NCBI GenBank assembly: GCA_904063045.1
Contig: CAJFCJ010000006.1
Coordinates: forward strand, 3,798,408 to 3,862,407
DNA from: Dimorphilus gyrociliatus
Taxonomy: Eukaryota > Animalia > Annelida
Direction of reading: 5' to 3'
Length of the DNA stretch: 64,000 bases
Position numbers and translations under genes: made by a program. Below the pieces are notes generated by a model that searched no databases, was not told where the DNA came from, and saw only the letters and a list, made by a program, of their open reading frames with translations. This document shows positions 57,694 through 64,000 of this stretch, piece after piece. Each line of letters starts with the position of its first letter. Position 1 is the first letter of the stretch.

Positions 57694-60026
57694 TTAAACG
57701 GCAATGGTGAAAATAGAAGCAAGAAATCTGAAAAAATTTAAATTGTAGAAAATATCTAATAAAAATATAAGCATACATGTTTAGATTTTTCTCCAAGAAA
57801 TTCACTGGCCCACGAGCTAGTTCGCTTATCCAGTGTTTAGGAAACCTATTTAAACCGTATCTACAACCAAGTAGAGCTCCGGCAACTGCTCCATTTGTGT
57901 CAGCATCACCTCCTTCCATTATTAGATCAGTTAATGCTTTCTCTGGATCGCCTTGTTTCAATGCCCAAATTCCGGATGCCATACATTTAAACGTGTAACC
58001 AATTTTAGCCGGTTCATCCAGCTTTAATTCCTCCAAACCATCTTTCTTAATAAAAAAGTAAGTCTTGAAGTCCGCTTTGAATTGATCCAGTTTATCGCTC
58101 TTCAAGTCAGCAGTGTACTCTTCATTTTCAAATATGTATTTACAAGTAAATTCATAGGTTTCATTTAATATCTCTTCAATATCGTTATCAGAAAATTCAG
58201 TCTGGTTCTTGTTTTCAATTCTCTGAAGCATTTTAGCAATTATAATAGTAACTGCTACACATGAAGCTGAACATCTAGGATCATAATGAGTAACTCTGCA
58301 AACTTTTACTGTGTTCTCTGCAACTTTATTTAAATCTTGAAATTCATAAATTCCGAGAATTGAAGTTCGCATCACACCGCCATTTGGTGCTGCATTTTGA
58401 TTTGAGTTAATCCAAACTCTCTTTGCGCTTTCACTTGGTTCCGTAAGAAAATATTTATCGTACAGTACATCTAAAGTTGTTTTTCCCAGTCCTAAACCAC
58501 AATTATCACTGAGCTCTGGAAATCCTCGTCTAGACCAATTAAAAATTCTTTTAGCAATATCAGTTTCAGAAATCCGTTTATTTTCTGATAAAGATTGCAT
58601 AATGCAAATCATTTGATCGGAATCGTCTGTCCAGTCGCCTTGATCCCATCTACGTCTATGTTTATCTGGAATTTTGTGTTTATAACGAAGACCCTCTTTG
58701 AGGTACTTTAAATAGTAGAAATGACATTCTTTTTTATTCAGAAATTCTGTAAGTAAACCTAAAGCATCTCCAATACAGTTACCATAGACAATTGCAGTTA
58801 TTCTGTCTGTTGTTTTCGGATAGAGTGAAACCTTAGTGCTTTCAAGTATTTGCCTTTCTTCCTTCACATTGCACTTGTAAAAGCATGTATTTAAGAACCT
58901 AAGGAAGGGGAAGTAATAGATAATATAAAAAATGTTTATGTGCATACTTCTTTATATTTGCTTTTAAGAATTCGTTTGGCGCGGAGGCTAATTCGGTATT
59001 CCAATAAGAAGGAAACCTATTTAAACCGTATCTACAACCAAGTAGAGCTCCGGCAACTGCTCCATTTGTGTCAGCATCACCTCCTTCCATTATTAGATCA
59101 GTTAATGCTTTCTCTGGATCATCTTGTTTCAATGCCCAAATTCCGGATGCCATACATTTAAATGTGTAACCAATTGATTCGCATTCATCCAGATGCAGTT
59201 GTGATAGACCATATTTTTCAATAAAAAAGTACTTTTGGAATTCTTGTCTGAATTGATTCAATTTTGTTGAACTTATCTCAGTTATATACTCTTTGTTACG
59301 AAATACAAAAGTATCCGTAAATTCATAGGTTTCATTTAATATCTCTTCAATATCGTTATCAGAAAATTCAGTCTGGTTCTTGTTTTCAATTCTCTGAAGC
59401 ATTTTAGCAATTATAATAGTAACTGCTACACATGAAGCTGAACATCTAGGATCATAATGAGTAACTCTGCAAACTTTTACTGTGTTCTCTGCAACTTTAT
59501 ATAAATCTTGAAATTCATAAATTCCGAGAATTGAAGTTCGCATTACACCGCCATTTGGTGCTGCATTTTGATTTAAGTTAATCCAAACTCTCTTTGCGCT
59601 TTCCTCTGGTTTCGTAAGATAGTCTGTTTCTAATAAAACTAGATAAGTTGTTCTTCCCAATCCTAGACCACCTGTATCCTTTAGCTGTGGAAATCCTTGT
59701 CTAGACCAATTAAAAATTTTTTTAGCAATATCAGTTTCAGAAATCATATTGTTTTGCGATAAAGATTGCATAATGCAAATCATTTGATCAGAATCGTCTG
59801 TCCAGTCGCCTTCATCCCATCTACGTCTATGTTTATCTGGAATTTTGTGTTTATAACGAAGACCCTCTTTGAGGTACTTTAAATAGTAGAAATGACATTC
59901 TTTTTTATTCAGAAATTCTGTAAGTAAACCTAAAGCATCTCCAATACAGTTACCATAGACAATTGAAATTATTCGGTCTTTTGTTTTCGAAGAAATCGAA
60001 AGAGTTTTCGTTTTAATATCATTCAT
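57694..60026 (-). CDS. Tandem two-domain ADP-ribosylglycohydrolase (ARH-ARH, ~744 aa): copy C (58948-60026) spliced in frame to copy B (57777-58898), plus a short last exon (57694-57727)
   Basis: Both domains carry GDALG, WTDDSD and GDADTNGAVAGAL. A 49-nt phase-2 intron at 58899-58947 (GTATGC..CCTTAG) gives ..ANIKK|FLNTCFYKC..; a second 49-nt intron lies at 57728-57776. Confidence 0.82.
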
Positions 60027-60412
60027 TTTTCTTGTATTCGAAAAATGACTCTTATTTTTATTTTCGTTTTTAAACCGTTACCCGGATATTTATTGTAAAG
60101 AGAAATTTGTATAGGAAGCGGTAAATTTGAAAATTTCTCTGGATCATATATTTTTAGTAGGGCTCTTAATTTGCTGCTGACGATTTATAAATATGCTCTT
60201 TGTTAATTTAAGGTCATTGAACTTTTAAAATAATGTTTTAATTGTCTTTATTGATAACATTGTTGTTTCTGAGAGGAAACATGTAAGATGTAATATGATA
60301 ATTACTCTCGTATATGCTCTTGTGGAAATATTATTCTATTTTTCTTTATAAGAAGTAAAGGTATATATATATTCAAATCTTAATTTAATTCAATGTTTAA
60401 ACAGTCAAAAAT

Positions 60413-61421
60413 TTATCTATCTAGAACGATTGCTTCTTCCGTTTCTCTTTGTTCTTTTCCTAGGTAGGCTGCAGTTGGATCGACCGGTACATAATACCAT
60501 CCCTTGTAGTCACCCCGTTCACTCATTAATTCTTTAACTTTTCTCTCCAACAATCTATTGAAGAAATTAGTAAACTGTTCAAATCTTAATATATCAACAG
60601 ATGTAGCAGAAGAAAAGGAAGAAAATGTATATAATATATATATATATATATAAATGTATATATACAACATTTAGAACATTTCATGTATGTAATTTGTAAA
60701 CTGCTTTATACTTACTTAAATTTCTGATTTTCGTCAGATTGTTTTAAATAGTGCAGATTAGCTTCATATCTATGCACTGGGTCTGGATAAAAATGTTTAC
60801 ACATAAATCTTTTCACGGGGTTTTGAAAATATTCATAATTTTCAGGCGTATAATCCTCGGGAATTTCGCTTAACTCTGCTGGGCCGACAAATGCATTCAT
60901 AAAGAAAATGAAGAGTCCAGCAGGAATCAAACCAAGAGCAACGTAGAAATGCTGTTTAGTAGACAATGTATTTAGATAAACATTCACACATACTAAATGG
61001 TCACGGTATATATCAATAAAAAATATGCTGAATGTATTACGATAACGATTTTGATATTTTGCGCAAGGTTTATAGGTTTGTCATCCTTTTAAAAATAGTT
61101 AAAACATTAATCTATGAGTGACAAAACTAAAAAAAACTATTATAAAGTAAATGACTTACAAAGTGATCTTTAAATATTTGCCATTCAAACCGAGATGGGA
61201 CAATTTTCATACTTCTGTGAGAGGCATAGCGAGCTGCAAGGAAAGGTCATTAAAAACAAATGCTCGATTTTTCCTTGTTCTTAATTGTTCCAAGATTTTG
61301 AAATAAAACACATACAAATAATGTTATTCTTTAACGGTGCTAGTTGCTTTCCGCGTGTGAGTAAGGATTGAGCTGCACTTCTTGCAGAAAAGCCATATCG
61401 TAGAACACTTAATACCGCCAT
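60413..61421 (-). CDS. NDUFB5: NADH:ubiquinone oxidoreductase subunit B5 (SGDH), 4 exons
   Basis: Targeting peptide MAVLSVLRYG.., MKIVPSRFEWQIFKDHF, FYVALGLIPAGLFIFFMNAFVGPAELSEIPEDYTPENYEY, KELMSERGDYKGWYY. Confidence 0.92.
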
Positions 61422-61606
61422 TTTTCTTTGCAGAAAAATAAACCGGTTAATCGATTGCTGTTATCGTATCGTTTTAAATCGATTATCGAAGATTCGATCT
61501 AAACACAAGAAACCGTGGTACTAACTGCAAAAATCAAAATTCTAGAGTCTTCTTGATAAATATTCAACTGTACTTGTGAATATCTTGTATCTCATAAAAA
61601 TCGACT

Positions 61607-62901
61607 ATGCCACAAAATTCAACTACTTTATCCCTTAAATATCTTAGGAGAGTTCAATCATTAGATGTTGGAGAAAAGAGTGGTTCCTATTTGGAAAGTG
61701 GTTCAACGACGGACAGGCCTTTAAGTTTGTTTTAATTTAGTTATAATTCTTTTATAAAATGAAATATATTTCAGCAATGAGTTCTCTTATGAACTCGACA
61801 CCAAGTAAACCTTCTGTCACTACGCAAAATACGGTGAATAGTAAAGTTACACTTCCAAGTAAATTTATTTTCTTTATAGGCTAAATTTTCAGTTTACTTT
61901 CTTCTTTATTAATGTTTTTATCAGCTTCAAACAGTATTTCGAATAGTACTGTTGAAAATACTGTGCCAAATAAAAACGTTATAATGTCTACACCAGTTAT
62001 GAATACTCAGAAAAATGTTGGATTAGGTGGAAAAGATCTGAAAACTATTTCTAATATTCAAACGCCTAAGAATCCTTTGGCGGAAAACATTCCAGAACAA
62101 ATTAGAAGATCTATTGAAGATTTCAAGTAACTTTCATTGATTTATTGATTTTAACAACAACAATATATTCTTTTTTCCAATAGAGAATTTATTCGTAAAG
62201 AGAAGAAAGCAAAAATGGAAATTTCTCAGAATTATTCAAAATTTTCAGGAAAGTTTGTGTCTGATATCGTTTCCGTAAGAACTAAGTTAACTACAATGAC
62301 CTCTAAATTGAATCATAACAAAAGAAATACTGAAATTCTTAAACAAGAAGCTATAGAAGAATTTTCAAATATAAAACAATTGAAATATACTGTTAGCTTA
62401 CCAAAGGATTATCCATATTTTTGTACAATTACAAACGCGTAAGAAATCTTTAATAACGAAAATAATTACAATTATTTTAATCATTTAATACTTTCTTTCT
62501 TAGATATTTTGAAAACTTTTTAGACAAATGTGATAAAACTTTAATTGTTTACCAAAATCAAATAGATGAAATATGTCACCGGTTGCTTAATAAACCACTA
62601 GATGTATCCTTAACGGCTAACGGTAGTTAACTTCTTTTATCGCCTTTTTAATTAAATTATTGCATTTTTTTAATCATTTCCTTCTACTAGATCTTATGGA
62701 AATTATGTTGCGGGTTCATCAGAGTTTTGTTTTTGTTGCATCAGAACTGCAAATATCTCATGCCAATGTTGAAGTTAGTTGTTCTCATTAAAGCTTATCG
62801 TTTCAGTTAATCTTGAAAAATTACTTTTTTTTTTACTTTATTAGTCAATCAAACACCAATTTTCGGAATATTTCGATGAAAACTCAAACAAGCATATCTA
62901 A
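61607..62901 (+). CDS. NUP58: Divergent nucleoporin Nup58/p45-like protein (coiled-coil core), apparently without FG repeats, 7 exons
   Basis: VGLGGKDL..AENIPEQIRRSIEDFKEFIRKEK..EIS.., YFENFLDKCDKTLIVYQNQIDEI, DLMEIMLRVHQSFVFVASELQISHANVE|SIKHQFSEY resemble the Nup58 helical core; checked intron phases are compatible. Confidence 0.72.
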
Positions 62902-63743
62902 AATTATTGCTTGTAATAATCCGGATAGATACCGTACAAGGGAGAACAAAGTTAGCATTGTACTGAGCGGGCATATTTTATTAGGCAGCTGTTTCACTAT
63001 TTACCCCATGTATTCTTTATATATTCGGTAACGATAAAAAATCGCTATTACCATAATAGACTCGTTTTTTTTTTTCATGTTCAGCAGTTGAAACATTGTG
63101 TTCAAATGATTTTTTACATGCAATGACATAAAAAAAAACGCCGAAAAAATGAATATTGTTAAGGTCAGATAGTTATTATCCCGTTTTTTGTGAAAGTTTT
63201 TGAGTATTAAAAATATTTTCCGCCCCCGTAACATTAAAAATATTTTTTTCCACGTATTCCTGCTTATTAAAGTATTAAATATGAACTAATCAATTCTTAT
63301 TAATTCGGGTAAATAAGTGTCAAGCACGTTTTGTTTTCTTATTTAAATGTTTAGCTTGTCTATAAAATGTTAATTAATCGATTATGCAGTTTTCTCTCTT
63401 TAGTATTGTTAATTAAGGATTTATATCAATAGAATTTTGCTTTTTATAAATTTTCAAGTGTTCAATTCAATTAAAATGGCTCCCTTTTAGAGTATTGAAC
63501 GTTTCAGATGGCGCGCTTGCATACAAAATAATCAATTAAAATTTTCATCTAAAAAAAAACTCTAATAGGCAATGCTGGCATTGTAATAATTTCTCGAAGC
63601 ATTTGTCTTAATTTCAGGTAAATTTAATATTTTTTGGGGAATTTTACAAATTTCTAGAATTTTTGCTTTGGGCCTACCGAAAAAACGTGATATTTAGCTG
63701 GTAATAAAGCTTGTTAAAAAAAAGATGAGAATATAGATAAAAC

Positions 63744-64000
63744 ATGTCAGTTTATGATTTCAACATGTCACAGAACAAGCTATCAAAATTGGCGGCCTCC
63801 GTTATTTATGTAAAAGAAGAAAATCATCTAATGGAAGTTGATGACCAAGTTGAATTATTTGTAAAAGCCGGAGACGATGGAGAAAGTTACGGAGGATGTC
63901 CCAAAAGTCAACAAATCTTTATGGTTCTTCTAATCAAAGCTGAACAGAGTAGCCTCAATGTACGAGTAACAACTGTAAATGTTAATAAGCAAAGAGCTCA
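63744..64000 (+). CDS. CLIC: Chloride intracellular channel (CLIC) family protein, N-terminal part; truncated by the window edge
   Basis: VELFVKAGDDGESYGGCPKSQQIFMVLLIK..VTTVNVNK matches the CLIC GST-like N-domain; in-frame ATGs at 63744, 63765 and 63831. Confidence 0.85.
   Translation, partial: MSVYDFNMSQNKLSKLAASVIYVKEENHLMEVDDQVELFVKAGDDGESYGGCPKSQQIFMVLLIKAEQSSLNVRVTTVNVNKQRA

Noticed and set aside
58899-58945. Overlap of two ARH ORFs read as overlapping genes
   Set aside because: The overlap is better explained by a 49-nt GT-AG intron that fuses them in frame

Overview
AT-rich, very gene-dense eukaryotic (metazoan) genomic DNA with short GT-AG introns, mostly about 49-80 nt. The style fits a miniaturised invertebrate genome such as the annelid Dimorphilus gyrociliatus; that identification is inference only. 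I reconstructed about 31 protein-coding genes by hand. Recognisable genes: a SEPT6-group septin (partial), ADAT2, a C5orf63-like glutaredoxin, an ACCS-like PLP enzyme, neurobeachin, a divergent alpha-tubulin, an SLC5A8-like transporter, ARSB, PPP1R7, MRPL18, COPS3, PPID, NDUFA2, ACTR10, CHP1, EIPR1, LSG1, NDUFB5, a Nup58-like gene, a CLIC (partial) and ADP-ribosylglycohydrolases (ARH). There are also several orphans and one internally deleted Tc1/mariner element. No rRNA, tRNA or CRISPR was recognised. Most unusual observations: (1) three ARH domains, one stand-alone and two fused in frame through a 49-nt intron, whose sequences form a patchwork consistent with gene conversion; (2) two intronless same-strand nested genes, a RING/NHL-like ORF filling 90% of a neurobeachin intron with an in-frame cryptic acceptor, and a signal-peptide/KTEL degenerate SDR inside septin intron 1; (3) an 8-nt stop/start overlap between the glutaredoxin-like gene and ADAT2; (4) a tetraspanin of about 1180 aa resembling peripherin, with a tail of about 800 aa; (5) duplicated alternative septin N-terminal exons, an FG-less Nup58 and an alpha-tubulin without an acidic tail. 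All splice models were inferred by eye, without transcript evidence.
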